Shown in pieces: positions 1-9,185 of a DNA stretch of 64,000 nt. The DNA is from an uncultured Oscillibacter sp. (GTDB lineage Bacteria > Bacillota > Clostridia > Oscillospirales > Oscillospiraceae): the NCBI GenBank assembly GCA_900550685.1, contig URTS01000001.1, forward strand, positions 5,271 to 69,270, read 5' to 3'. Position numbers and translations under genes: made by a program. The stretch's first letter is position 1; each line of letters starts with the position of its first letter. The notes under the pieces were generated by a model. That model had not been told where the DNA came from. It did no database searches and saw nothing but the letters and a program-made list of their open reading frames with translations.

Positions 1-190
1 CCACGTTGAACTCCAGTGCCCGGGCCTCGCCGCCTTGGGCGTTGATGTCCGCCGCCACCGCCTGAGCCGCCTCCAGATTCATATCCGCCAGAATGACTTT
101 CGCTCCGTGCTCCGCCAGGCGCCGGGCGCTGGCCTCGCCGATTCCCCGGCCGCCGCCGGTGATCATAGCTACCTTATCCGTCAATAGCAT
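1..190 (-). CDS. SDR-family oxidoreductase, 5' part (runs off the window edge)
   Basis: Manual translation from ATG at 190: [36 protein letters not shown]; TGxxxGIG Rossmann motif; directly downstream of lpdA. Confidence 0.9.
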   Translation of the reverse strand, partial: MLLTDKVAMITGGGRGIGEASARRLAEHGAKVILADMNLEAAQAVAADINAQGGEARALEFNV

Positions 191-209
191 ATCCGCCGCT
201 CCTTTCTGT

Positions 210-1577
210 TTATCCCTTGTGAACCGATGCCCCGAAGGCGTCCAGCGCGGCCTCCCGCACCATCTCGCACAGGGATGGGTGGGCCACCACCATCCGCTGC
301 CACTGTTCCACCGTCAGGCGGTCCCGCACCGCGTCCGCACCGAAGGCGATCATCTCCGACGCGTTCTCGCCCACGATGGTCACGCCCAGGGTGGTCTTCG
401 TGGCCTTGTCCATCACCACGTACACGCTGCCGCTGGCGCCCTCCGCCAGGGCCATGCCGTTGGCGCTGTAGTCAAAGCTGCCTAGGCAGGGGTCGTATCC
501 CGCCTCTTTCGCCGCCTCCGTGGTCAGACCCACCGAGGCAAAGCAGGGAATGGTATACGTGCATACCGGCACGGGCACCGTGCCGTAGGGCTCATCCCGG
601 CCCAGCATATCCGCCAGGGCGGCCTCTCCCTCGGCGTAGGCCGCGTGGGCCAGCTGGTAGCCGCCCACCACGTCGCCGATGGCGTATACGCCGGGGAGGT
701 TCGTCCGCTGGTGGCTGTCCACGGCGATGAACTTGCCGTTCATGGCAAGGCCCAGGGCCGCTGCGTCGATGCCGCTGAAGTTGGGCTTGCGCCCCGCCGC
801 CATCAGCACCTGCTCCGCCTCCACGGCGCCCTCCTTGCCGTCCTGCTCGTAGACCGCTTTCAGGCCGGACACTGTTTTTTCCACCCGCAGCATCTTGGCA
901 CCGGTCAAAAGCCGGATGTCCTGCTGCTTCAGGGCCTTCAGCACCACCCGGACGGCTTCCTTCTGCTCCCGGGGCATCAGCTCCGGCATCAGTTCCACCA
1001 CCGTCACCTCCGTGCCGTACCCCGCGAAGGCACAGGCCAGTTCCAGACCGATGACGCCGCCGCCCATCACAACCATGGACCGGGGCAGGGCTTGCAGATT
1101 CAGGGCCCCGGTGGAATCGATGCACAGCTCATGGCCGGGAATGGGGATCATCATGGGCTGGGAGCCCGTGGCGATGACCACGTACTTCCCCTGGTACTCC
1201 TTGCCGCCGCAGGAGACCACCCGGTCCCCTTCCAGCTCCGCTTCCCCGGTGACGACCTGGACGCCCTGCTTTTTCAGCAGGAACTGCACGCCGCCTACCA
1301 GCTTTCCTGTGACCTCGGCCTTTCCAGCCTGGATCTTCTTGAAGCTGAACGTTCCGGCGTCCCGGAAAATGTCCTTTTTCACCAGGGCGCGCACCTTGTC
1401 CATGGCCAGTGCCTTATCCACCAGGTACTTGGTGGGGATGCACCCCACGTTCAGGCAGGTGCCTCCCAGGTGCTCCTTTTCAAACAGGGCCACCTTCAGC
1501 CCCGCCTTCGCCGCGGCGATACCCAGGGAGTATCCCCCCGGGCCGCCGCCGATCACCAATACGTCAAACTGTTCCAT
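210..1577 (-). CDS. lpdA: Dihydrolipoyl dehydrogenase (E3)
   Basis: GGGPGG FAD motif, [11 protein letters not shown] redox disulfide, C-terminal HPSLCE. Confidence 0.95.
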   Translation of the reverse strand: MEQFDVLVIGGGPGGYSLGIAAAKAGLKVALFEKEHLGGTCLNVGCIPTKYLVDKALAMDKVRALVKKDIFRDAGTFSFKKIQAGKAEVTGKLVGGVQFLLKKQGVQVVTGEAELEGDRVVSCGGKEYQGKYVVIATGSQPMMIPIPGHELCIDSTGALNLQALPRSMVVMGGGVIGLELACAFAGYGTEVTVVELMPELMPREQKEAVRVVLKALKQQDIRLLTGAKMLRVEKTVSGLKAVYEQDGKEGAVEAEQVLMAAGRKPNFSGIDAAALGLAMNGKFIAVDSHQRTNLPGVYAIGDVVGGYQLAHAAYAEGEAALADMLGRDEPYGTVPVPVCTYTIPCFASVGLTTEAAKEAGYDPCLGSFDYSANGMALAEGASGSVYVVMDKATKTTLGVTIVGENASEMIAFGADAVRDRLTVEQWQRMVVAHPSLCEMVREAALDAFGASVHKG

Positions 1578-1590
1578 AACCGCTCTCCTT

Positions 1591-2853
1591 TTATCCTAAA
1601 AGCAGGGCCGGGTTCTCCATCAGCAGCTTCAGCTCCCGCAGAAACTGGGCGCCGTAGGCCCCGTCAATGATCCGGTGGTCGAAGGAGCCGGTAATGGTCA
1701 TTTTCGGCACCGGCTGGAACGCCGCACCGTCCCACACCGGCTGGGTCTCGATCTTGCCCACCGCCAGGATGCAGCTCTCCGGCGGGTTCACGATGGCGAT
1801 GAAGTGGTCCACATCGTACATGCCCAGGTTGGATATGGTGATGCTGCCGCAACCCATCTCGCCGGGGGCCAGACGGTTGTTCCGGGCCTTCTGGATCACG
1901 TCCTTGTAGGCCGCCGCGATCTCCTCCAGGCCCTTGCCGTCGATCTCCTTGACCACAGGCACCACCAGCGCGCCCTCCAGGCCCACGGCCAGACCCACGT
2001 TGGTGTGCTTGTAGATGCGCACCTCGTTCTCTTCGTACCGGGCCCGCACCAGCGGGAACTTCCGGGAGGCTTCGGCGATGGCCTTGGCCATGATATCGTT
2101 ATAGGACAGCTTCACTTCCCGCTTGGCCTTGTAGGTGTCCCGCAGGGCCATGCAGGCCCGCATATCCACACTCACCGTACACTGCCACGCCGGGATGTTC
2201 TGCATGGATTCCTGCATCCGGCGGCCGATGACCGTCCGCATCCGGGTCATGGGCATGACCTCATACTCCGCTTCCTCGGCGGGGGCGGCTTCCTCGGCGG
2301 GGGCCGCCTTGGGGGCCTTGGCCGCCTGCTCCACGTCCTGCCGTTTCACGAATACGCCGTTGGACGCGGGCACCGTCCCGATATCCACCCCCAGCTCCCT
2401 GGCCAGCATTTTGGCGTTGGGCATGGCGGGCAGGTCCAGCCGGGCGGCGCTGACCATCACAGGGGCAGGGGCGGCCGGGGCCGCCTTGGGAGTCTGGCCC
2501 TTGACGATGGGCAGGTATTCCTCCCGCTCCGCAGGCGCGGCGGGCGCTTCCTGCACTGGGGCCGCTTCGGGAGCAGGAGCTTCCCCGCTGCCCCGGCGGT
2601 ACACGGCGGCGTCCTCCGCCTTGCCGATTACCACCAAAACCGTTCCGGCCGTCACGGTATCGCCCTCGGACACCAACACGTCCAGCACCTGACCTGCCGC
2701 AAAGCTCTCCACCGGCAGGATGGCCTTGTCCGTCTCCGCCTCCAGCAGCTCGTCGCCCCGCTTCACTGTGTCGCCTACCTTTACATTTACCTTGACGATG
2801 GTGGCCTCATCCGTAGTCTGGCCCGCCGAGGGCATCTTGATTTCCTGGATCAT
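1591..2853 (-). CDS. Dihydrolipoamide acyltransferase (E2)
   Basis: Lipoyl domain ETDKA, Ala/Pro linkers, E3-binding domain, catalytic DHRIIDG. Confidence 0.95.
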   Translation of the reverse strand: MIQEIKMPSAGQTTDEATIVKVNVKVGDTVKRGDELLEAETDKAILPVESFAAGQVLDVLVSEGDTVTAGTVLVVIGKAEDAAVYRRGSGEAPAPEAAPVQEAPAAPAEREEYLPIVKGQTPKAAPAAPAPVMVSAARLDLPAMPNAKMLARELGVDIGTVPASNGVFVKRQDVEQAAKAPKAAPAEEAAPAEEAEYEVMPMTRMRTVIGRRMQESMQNIPAWQCTVSVDMRACMALRDTYKAKREVKLSYNDIMAKAIAEASRKFPLVRARYEENEVRIYKHTNVGLAVGLEGALVVPVVKEIDGKGLEEIAAAYKDVIQKARNNRLAPGEMGCGSITISNLGMYDVDHFIAIVNPPESCILAVGKIETQPVWDGAAFQPVPKMTITGSFDHRIIDGAYGAQFLRELKLLMENPALLLG

Positions 2854-2887
2854 CTGTCGTTCCTCACTTTCTGACCCATCGGGCCCC

Positions 2888-3964
2888 TCACAGCTTCGCC
2901 AGCTTCCGGGCCGCCTCCGCGATCCGCTCCTCAGACGGGATCACATAGCTCTCCAGCGTGGGGCAGAACGGGATGGGCGTGTCAGGCGTCGCCACCCGCA
3001 CCACCGGCGCGTCCAGCAGCGTGATGGCGTTCTCCGCCACCCAGGACGCCAGCTGCGCGCCCCAGCCGCCGGTATACGTATCCTCGTGGACGATCAGCAG
3101 CTTGCCGGTCTTCTCCAGGGACTTAGTCACCGTGTCATAGTCAAAGGGGACCAGGGTCCGGGGGTCGATGATCTCGCAGCTGATGCCCTCTTTTTCCAGC
3201 TCCTCGGCTGCCTGCATGGCCTTGTACCACATCAGCATGTTGGCAACGATGGTGATATCCTTGCCCTCCCGTCGGATGGCCGCGTGGCCGAAGGGAATGG
3301 TGTAATCCTCCTCCGGTACCTCGCCGGTGGCGCTCAGCTGGCCCGCCTCCTTCCGCTTGCCGCCGTAGAGCAGCTTGTGCTCAAACACCAGCACCGGGTT
3401 CTCGTCCCGGATGGCCTGCTTCATCAGGCCCTTGGCGTCGTAGGGCGTGGAGGGGCAGATGACCTTCAGGCCCGGCACGTGGATGAAGTAGCTCTCCAGA
3501 CTCTGGGCGTGCTGTGCACCGCGGTTGGTGGCGCCGCAGGGTGCCCGCATCACCATAGGCACGTGGACCTTGCCATCGGACATGTAGCACATTTTCGCCG
3601 CCTGGTTCACCAGCTGGTCCATCATGCAGAACAGGAAGTCACCGTACTGCAGGTCCGCCACAGGCCGCATTCCCGCCATGGCGGAGCCCACGCACACGCC
3701 GGAGATGAGAATTTCGGAAATAGGCGTGTTGATGACCCGGTCGTCCCCGATGTTCTCCGTGCCCTTCAGCTCAAAGCCGCCGCCCTCCAGAGCTACCCGC
3801 ACGTTGGCGCCGAACTCGTCTCCCAAGCCCTTGGTGACAGTGAACGCGCCGCCCATGCCGCCGGGGATATCCTCATCCTCTCCAATGCAGTAAACGGAGG
3901 GATCTCTGCGCATTTCCTCCCGAATCGCGCTCTTATATGCATCTGCAATCGACATAATTGCCAT
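2888..3964 (-). CDS. 2-oxoacid/acetoin dehydrogenase E1 beta subunit
   Basis: NTPISE, GMRPVA, HAQSLE, VPGLKV, IDPRTLVP motifs. Confidence 0.95.
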   Translation of the reverse strand: MAIMSIADAYKSAIREEMRRDPSVYCIGEDEDIPGGMGGAFTVTKGLGDEFGANVRVALEGGGFELKGTENIGDDRVINTPISEILISGVCVGSAMAGMRPVADLQYGDFLFCMMDQLVNQAAKMCYMSDGKVHVPMVMRAPCGATNRGAQHAQSLESYFIHVPGLKVICPSTPYDAKGLMKQAIRDENPVLVFEHKLLYGGKRKEAGQLSATGEVPEEDYTIPFGHAAIRREGKDITIVANMLMWYKAMQAAEELEKEGISCEIIDPRTLVPFDYDTVTKSLEKTGKLLIVHEDTYTGGWGAQLASWVAENAITLLDAPVVRVATPDTPIPFCPTLESYVIPSEERIAEAARKLAKL

Positions 3965-3968
3965 AATT

Positions 3969-4946
3969 TTAACCCTCCCAATATACGTTCTTCAGTGCAG
4001 ACTCATAGCTAGGCAGCGGTGCGTTCTTTGCGTATTCCACCGCATCTTCAATTTCCTGCTCGATAGCCGCCTCTTCCTTTTCCAACTCTTCCTCACTGAT
4101 GACCCCGTGCTCCAGAATCTCCTTCCGGAAGTTTTTCACCGGGTCACGGTCCTGGATCCACTCCTTCTCCTCGTCCTTGGGCCGGTAGCCGCAGGCGTCG
4201 TTCCGGGAGTGGCCGCCATGGCGGTAGGTCTTCACTTCGATGATGGTGGGGCCCTCTCCCGCACGGGCTCGGGCGATGGCACACTCCGCCGCCTCGTTCA
4301 CCGCCAGCACATCATTGCCGTCCACCACTTCGCTGGGGATGCCGTATACCGCCGCACGGTCCGCCGCCACGTTCTTCTGGCAGCAGGTAAGCGAAATGGA
4401 GGTGTTGGCGGAGTACATATTGTTCTCGCACACATACACCACCGGCAGCTTCCACAGCCCCGCCGCGTTCATCGTCTCGTGGTAGGAGCCCTCGTTGGAC
4501 GCGCCGTCTCCGAAGAAGCACACCACCACGTTGTCCTTTTTCTGCATCTTGAACGCCAGGCCCACGCCCGCCGCGATGGGCAGGTTGCCGCCTACGATGG
4601 CGTTGGCCGGGATGGCTCCCACGCTGATATCGCCCGTGTGCATAGCGCCGCCTTTGCCGCCGCAGCAGCCGTCCGCCTTGCCGAACATCTCGCACATCAT
4701 GGCCTTCACGCTGATGCCCTTGGCAATGTCGTGTCCCGCCGGACGGTGGGTGGACGCCATCCAGTCATCCTTCCGCAGGTCGTACAGCATACCCACCGCG
4801 CTGGCCTCCTCGCCTGTGCTCTGGTGAATGGTGCCGGGCATAATGCCCTCTAAGAAGAGGTAATAGATGCTCTCTTCATACTTGCGGATCTGGTACATTT
4901 TTTTGTACATGCCAAGCGCCTTTTCTTTGGAAGGAAAATTGCTCAT
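3969..4946 (-). CDS. 2-oxoacid/acetoin dehydrogenase E1 alpha subunit (TPP-dependent)
   Basis: GKGGAMH, TPP motif FGDGA...ENN, TYRHGGHS. Confidence 0.95.
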   Translation of the reverse strand: MSNFPSKEKALGMYKKMYQIRKYEESIYYLFLEGIMPGTIHQSTGEEASAVGMLYDLRKDDWMASTHRPAGHDIAKGISVKAMMCEMFGKADGCCGGKGGAMHTGDISVGAIPANAIVGGNLPIAAGVGLAFKMQKKDNVVVCFFGDGASNEGSYHETMNAAGLWKLPVVYVCENNMYSANTSISLTCCQKNVAADRAAVYGIPSEVVDGNDVLAVNEAAECAIARARAGEGPTIIEVKTYRHGGHSRNDACGYRPKDEEKEWIQDRDPVKNFRKEILEHGVISEEELEKEEAAIEQEIEDAVEYAKNAPLPSYESALKNVYWEG

Positions 4947-5012
4947 AACTGTTTTACTCCTTCTATCAATTCAAAGTTTTTGAGGGATTTATACGCCCTT
5001 TTTGTCAATTAG

Positions 5013-5032
5013 ATTAGTAATATATTCCTAAT
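5013..5032. promoter_or_regulatory. Near-perfect 20-bp palindrome, candidate operator in the divergent intergenic region
   Basis: ATTAGTAATATATTCCTAAT with one mismatched pair, between E1-alpha and lacI. Confidence 0.5.
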
Positions 5033-5181
5033 ATTTTATTATTATAATTCATAACGCAATTTTGTCAACAGAAATTATGCCTTTTTTGAACTTTTTACAA
5101 AAAAATTATATTTTCTGTCGTTCTTCCCTTTACATCTATTCGTAATTTTTTTATAATGAATTTACTACAGAATAAACAGAG

Positions 5182-6267
5182 GTGAACAACTTGTCTCCTA
5201 AGAAAGTAACTATGACAGATATTGCCAAGGCCGCAGGTGTTTCTCAATCCACCGTCTCCAACATTTTGGGGCGAAATAAGACCTCTTCTTTCCCACAGGC
5301 AACCGTGGACAAGGTCTTCGCCACAGCGGAGGAATTGGGGTATACACCCCAGCAGCGGCAGTCCAAGGCAAACATACTGGCATCCAAGCGTATTCTGGTT
5401 CTGGCAACTCGCCTGACCAACCCATATTATCCATGCATTCTCCAAAGTATTGAGCATGAAGCTAACAAGAACGGGCTCCACGTTGTCTGCGGAGACACTT
5501 ATCATCTTCCAAAGCTGGAACAGGATTATCTGGATATGGCTCTGGAGATGAATTTTCTGGCAGTAATCTATCTGTTCCCCCCGGACAATCCGCAGGCGCT
5601 GGAACGTGCACTGGAACGAATTCCCATTATCACCATCTGTGACAACGTGCCCGACTCCAAGGCAGATCAGGTGGAACTGAACAATTTCCGCTCCGGCTGT
5701 ATCGCCGCAGAGCATCTTATCTCCCTGGGGCACCGCAACATTGTCATGCTAACAACGCCGATGGACAGAAACATCGCCCGTCTCTCCCGCGTCAAGGGCG
5801 CGGAGAATCTGATTCATGCCAGTGAAAACTGTACACTGCATATCATCTCGGACTTCATCGATACCCCCGAAGGAGAAATGGCTATTGAAAACAACTTCGA
5901 CTATTCCGTTGGCTACCATTTAGCGCAGGACCCGCATATTGTCAAATGCGGTGCCACTGCCATTATCGCCACCAACGACATGGTAGCCATTGGTGCCATG
6001 GATGCTTTGTCAGAGAAAGGCTTTCGCATTCCGGAGGACTACTCCATCATCGGCTTTGACAATTTGTTCTACACAGGTCTGGAGCGTATATCCCTGACTA
6101 CCGTAGACCCTCACGCGGATATGCTAGCCCAGTCAGCCATGGATGTGCTGCTGCATCGTCTGAACATCCGAACACCCAATTCCTTGGTGTCCAACATGCG
6201 CTTCAAGGCAGAGTGCCAGCCCCGGCTCATTGTCCGAAATTCTACCGCTGCCCCGAAAAATAAATAA
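5182..6267 (+). CDS. LacI-family transcriptional regulator
   Basis: VTMTDIAKAAGVSQSTVS HTH; periplasmic-binding-like C-domain (IPEDYSIIGFD). Confidence 0.95.
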   Translation: MNNLSPKKVTMTDIAKAAGVSQSTVSNILGRNKTSSFPQATVDKVFATAEELGYTPQQRQSKANILASKRILVLATRLTNPYYPCILQSIEHEANKNGLHVVCGDTYHLPKLEQDYLDMALEMNFLAVIYLFPPDNPQALERALERIPIITICDNVPDSKADQVELNNFRSGCIAAEHLISLGHRNIVMLTTPMDRNIARLSRVKGAENLIHASENCTLHIISDFIDTPEGEMAIENNFDYSVGYHLAQDPHIVKCGATAIIATNDMVAIGAMDALSEKGFRIPEDYSIIGFDNLFYTGLERISLTTVDPHADMLAQSAMDVLLHRLNIRTPNSLVSNMRFKAECQPRLIVRNSTAAPKNK

Positions 6268-6328
6268 ACGGCTGCCCGAATCTCGATATTATAAAAAGAG
6301 GCCGACGCATATGCGCAACACTGTTAAG

Positions 6329-6380
6329 ATAAGAACTGTAAAGGGAGAAAACTGCGGTTTTCTCCCTTTACAGTTCTTAT
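6329..6380. terminator. 24-bp perfect hairpin at the element left end
   Basis: ATAAGAACTGTAAAGGGAGAAAAC-tgcg-GTTTTCTCCCTTTACAGTTCTTAT, overlapping the left TIR. Confidence 0.7.
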
Positions 6381-6453
6381 TTAACTTTAGTTGTATTGAG
6401 TTTGCCTTTTATAACTTTATATAAATAAAATTGTAAACTTTTCATAAAGTGCG

Positions 6454-6482
6454 TTGACTTGCCAAAACATTCATGCTATTTT
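6454..6482 (+). promoter_or_regulatory. Candidate sigma-A promoter for orf117-transposase
   Basis: TTGACT-17bp-TATTTT with a TG extension. Confidence 0.45.
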
Positions 6483-6651
6483 GAAAGTGAAAGGAGGAAA
6501 GTCAACCGCTTTTTCGGGTCGATGTTAAAGCCATCGGGATAATGAATTATGTTTTAGGATGTTTAAACGAACGAAGTTAGCGCCGATATTTTCGGAGCAG
6601 TTGACTTGCGTTCTTTTTTTACACAAATTTTGACATATAGGAGGATTATCC

Positions 6652-7005
6652 ATGAATCTCATTTGTTTACTTTACACAATTTCTGCTTTTTGTAATGGCG
6701 TGAATTTAGCTACTTATTCTGGCAATCTCAGCTACGATGTCGCCGAAGCTGATACTTTCCCGTTCCCCGCAATGCTGGAAGCTTTGTATTCCATGTCGCG
6801 GGTTCCCTACGATTTTGATAAAACTTTAGCCAACGACGAAGTGACTTTATACATCAATGTCGAGGCGACTTGTGACGGCGTTTGCGAAGAGGTGGAGGTC
6901 TGCGACACAGCCACATCGACCATCGATGCAGTGGTAGCCCTTTATTCCGCACTTAATTTAGCAGCGGAGAAGCTGCTGCCGGGCGCGGGCGGGAGGCTTG
7001 CATGA
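6652..7005 (+). CDS. Hypothetical 117-aa protein translationally coupled to the transposase
   Basis: Strong RBS AGGAGG; stop overlaps the transposase start (ATGA). Confidence 0.7.
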   Translation: MNLICLLYTISAFCNGVNLATYSGNLSYDVAEADTFPFPAMLEALYSMSRVPYDFDKTLANDEVTLYINVEATCDGVCEEVEVCDTATSTIDAVVALYSALNLAAEKLLPGAGGRLA

Positions 7006-8315
7006 CCGCACCCGACCTCATCAAGCGTCAGCTTCGCGCTGCCATCTCCGACATAGCCGCCGCCCGCGGCGGCTATGTCGGAGACTTACGCACCTACACT
7101 CGTAACCGCAAGCTAACAACTTTTGATCTCATTTCACTGCTCATTGGTTTTAGCGGCGGTTCGCTGAACAAGGAACTGCGTTTGTTCAACGCCGATGTGA
7201 CACCGAGCGCGTTATCGCAACGGCGCAAGGGCATTTCTCCACGCGCCTTTTATGAAGTGTGGCAGAGTTTTAATCGTCGCTGCGACAGCTTGACGCGGCA
7301 GCGGTTTCATGGCAAGTACCACCTGTGGGCGGTAGACGGAACGGAACTGCCGATTTTCCGTAATCCGAACTCCAGCAGTTTTATCATAACGCCCACTAAC
7401 CCGCGTGGATACAATGCTCTGCACGCGAATGTTATTCACGACATCAACAATTCCGTTTTCGTGGATTGCGCTATGGGGCGGGACGAACAGGGGCAGCTAC
7501 TGGCTCTGATTTATCGGCGCAAATTTACAGAGCCGACCATTTTGGTCATGGACAGGGGCTACGAAAGTTATAACACCATAGCCCACTGTTGCAACATTCC
7601 AAACCTTTTCTTTGTCCTGCGCGTAAAACAGGGCAAGGCGGCTTTGCGCGATATTCAGCGCCTGCCGCTGGAAACGCTGGACGAGCCGTTTTCCGTCACG
7701 GTCACGACCTCTCAGCGGAACATCGACAAAGAAAGCGGCTGGGTGTATTTGAACACAGGCAGCCGAAAAGGGAAAACGCTATCGGAAAAAACGCGGGTAA
7801 CGCGCTTTGACTTCCCCGCGCCGCACACGATTAACTGCCGTGTTGTGAGGTTTGAAATCGGCAGCAGCGGCCACTACGAAACACTGTTGACAAATCTTCC
7901 GTGTGATGAATTTCCTGTTGAGGAAATGGAGAAAATTTACAGTCTGCGCTGGCGCATTGAACAGGGCTTTGACGCTCTGAAGAACAAAACGGGGCTGAAA
8001 TTTCTGCACGGGCGTTCCGACGATTGTGCGCTTCAGGAGTTATACGCGAAACTGACATTTTTCAACTTTACCTCTTTGATTTGCCGTGCCGTGGCAATCG
8101 GGAAAAGCAGCGAAACGCAGAATGAGGTAAAAATCTCTTTCAAGGATGCAACTGATTTGTGCCGTGATTTCTACCGCACGCCCAACGCAAGCGGTGAAAA
8201 ACTCTTGCAGGATATTTCCAAGTACACCTACTCCAACAAAAAGGGACGAAAAGCAGAGCGCGGAACAATCAAACCAAAGACCTTTGTTGCGTTCACCTAT
8301 CGAACATCGGCGTAG
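7002..8315 (+). CDS. IS4-family DDE transposase
   Basis: AVDGT (D1), VMDRGY (D2), YSLRWRIEQGFDALK (YREK motif with catalytic E); triad intact. Confidence 0.93.
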   Translation: MTAPDLIKRQLRAAISDIAAARGGYVGDLRTYTRNRKLTTFDLISLLIGFSGGSLNKELRLFNADVTPSALSQRRKGISPRAFYEVWQSFNRRCDSLTRQRFHGKYHLWAVDGTELPIFRNPNSSSFIITPTNPRGYNALHANVIHDINNSVFVDCAMGRDEQGQLLALIYRRKFTEPTILVMDRGYESYNTIAHCCNIPNLFFVLRVKQGKAALRDIQRLPLETLDEPFSVTVTTSQRNIDKESGWVYLNTGSRKGKTLSEKTRVTRFDFPAPHTINCRVVRFEIGSSGHYETLLTNLPCDEFPVEEMEKIYSLRWRIEQGFDALKNKTGLKFLHGRSDDCALQELYAKLTFFNFTSLICRAVAIGKSSETQNEVKISFKDATDLCRDFYRTPNASGEKLLQDISKYTYSNKKGRKAERGTIKPKTFVAFTYRTSA

Positions 8316-8685
8316 CATCATAGACAGAAAAAGGCACGGGGCTGGTATTTTGAAACGCCTGCCCTGTGCCATATTTTTTTGCAAAAGCCCGTTTTGCGGG
8401 CTGAAAAGCGGCATTTTCAGAAAAATAAATGTGCCGCCTACTTAACAGCACCGCAAAACCGCAGAAACAGTAATGTATCTTTGCTTTAGGCTGGTATGTC
8501 ATTCTCATTTTTCAACAAGTCATGATACTGTCAAAAAAATCGACGCATATTTTGAAAAGCTGCAACAGCGGAAAGTCTAAACACAAATCTCAACAAGATT
8601 ATTTACTGTATCAAAAATTCAGGGAACGCAAAAAAGTGTCCCCGTGCCTTTTTTGAAAAATGCAGACAGTCTCGCCCGTTAAGGC

Positions 8686-8726
8686 AAAACAGCCGCTTTC
8701 TCCCGTGTGTGAGAAAGCGGCTGTTC
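8686..8726 (-). terminator. Intrinsic terminator (U-tract on the minus strand)
   Basis: AACAGCCGCTTTCTC...GAGAAAGCGGCTGTT stem preceded by an A-run on +. Confidence 0.6.
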
Positions 8727-8750
8727 AACGATATCCTGTCGAAAAAGGTA

Positions 8751-8779
8751 TTGCAATTCTTAAAATGTTAGGGTAAAAT
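8751..8779 (+). promoter_or_regulatory. Sigma-A promoter for the LysM gene leader
   Basis: TTGCAA-17bp-TAAAAT. Confidence 0.65.
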
Positions 8780-8969
8780 TAGGAGCGGAAACATAAATAG
8801 CGGCAGAGCATAGCGGGCGGCAACCCGCTATGCTCCGATGATGAGTGATAGCAGCACTCAACACCACGGTTTTACCGCACCGTAAGTCTCATTATACAGG
8901 CGCAGTATTTCTTTTGCAAGAAAAATTCGCCGGAATGAGGCGGTGTTTCGCTTTGATTGATAAACAGTC

Positions 8970-9006
8970 AGGCGGTGTTGAGGCATACGCTCAACACCGC
9001 CTTTTT
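8970..9006 (+). terminator. Leader (attenuator) terminator
   Basis: AGGCGGTGTTGAG-gcatacg-CTCAACACCGCCT then a T-run; lies between promoter and gene. Confidence 0.75.
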
Positions 9007-9185
9007 ATGTTTCCGACAGCGCCCACGGACGGGGAATGTTCCCCGTCCCTGTGGGCGGCTGGTCGGAAATATGTGGGCTGACTTTGATATGATTTTGTGT
9101 TGTGCCGCAGGGAGAAAAGCCCAAAGGGAAGGAGCAAAGAGAGGGTGAAACGGCACAACGACAAAATATGAAAGGAAGTTCAAAC

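Larger units (their letters stand above)
8685..8885 (-). ncRNA. Putative cis-antisense RNA to the LysM leader
   Basis: Minus-strand promoter TTGCAA(8914-8919)-17bp-TATAAT(8891-8896); downstream minus-strand hairpins at ~8806-8834 and 8686-8726; no ORF. Confidence 0.5.

Noticed and set aside
645..4853. Long plus-strand ORFs opposite the dehydrogenase operon
   Set aside because: Antisense shadow frames from GC-rich codon bias; no motifs or RBS
8541..8550. CGACGCATAT inside the element matches the target site (guide-RNA idea)
   Set aside because: A 10-bp match is within chance expectation, and RNA guidance is not known for IS4. Revisit only if other copies covary with their targets.
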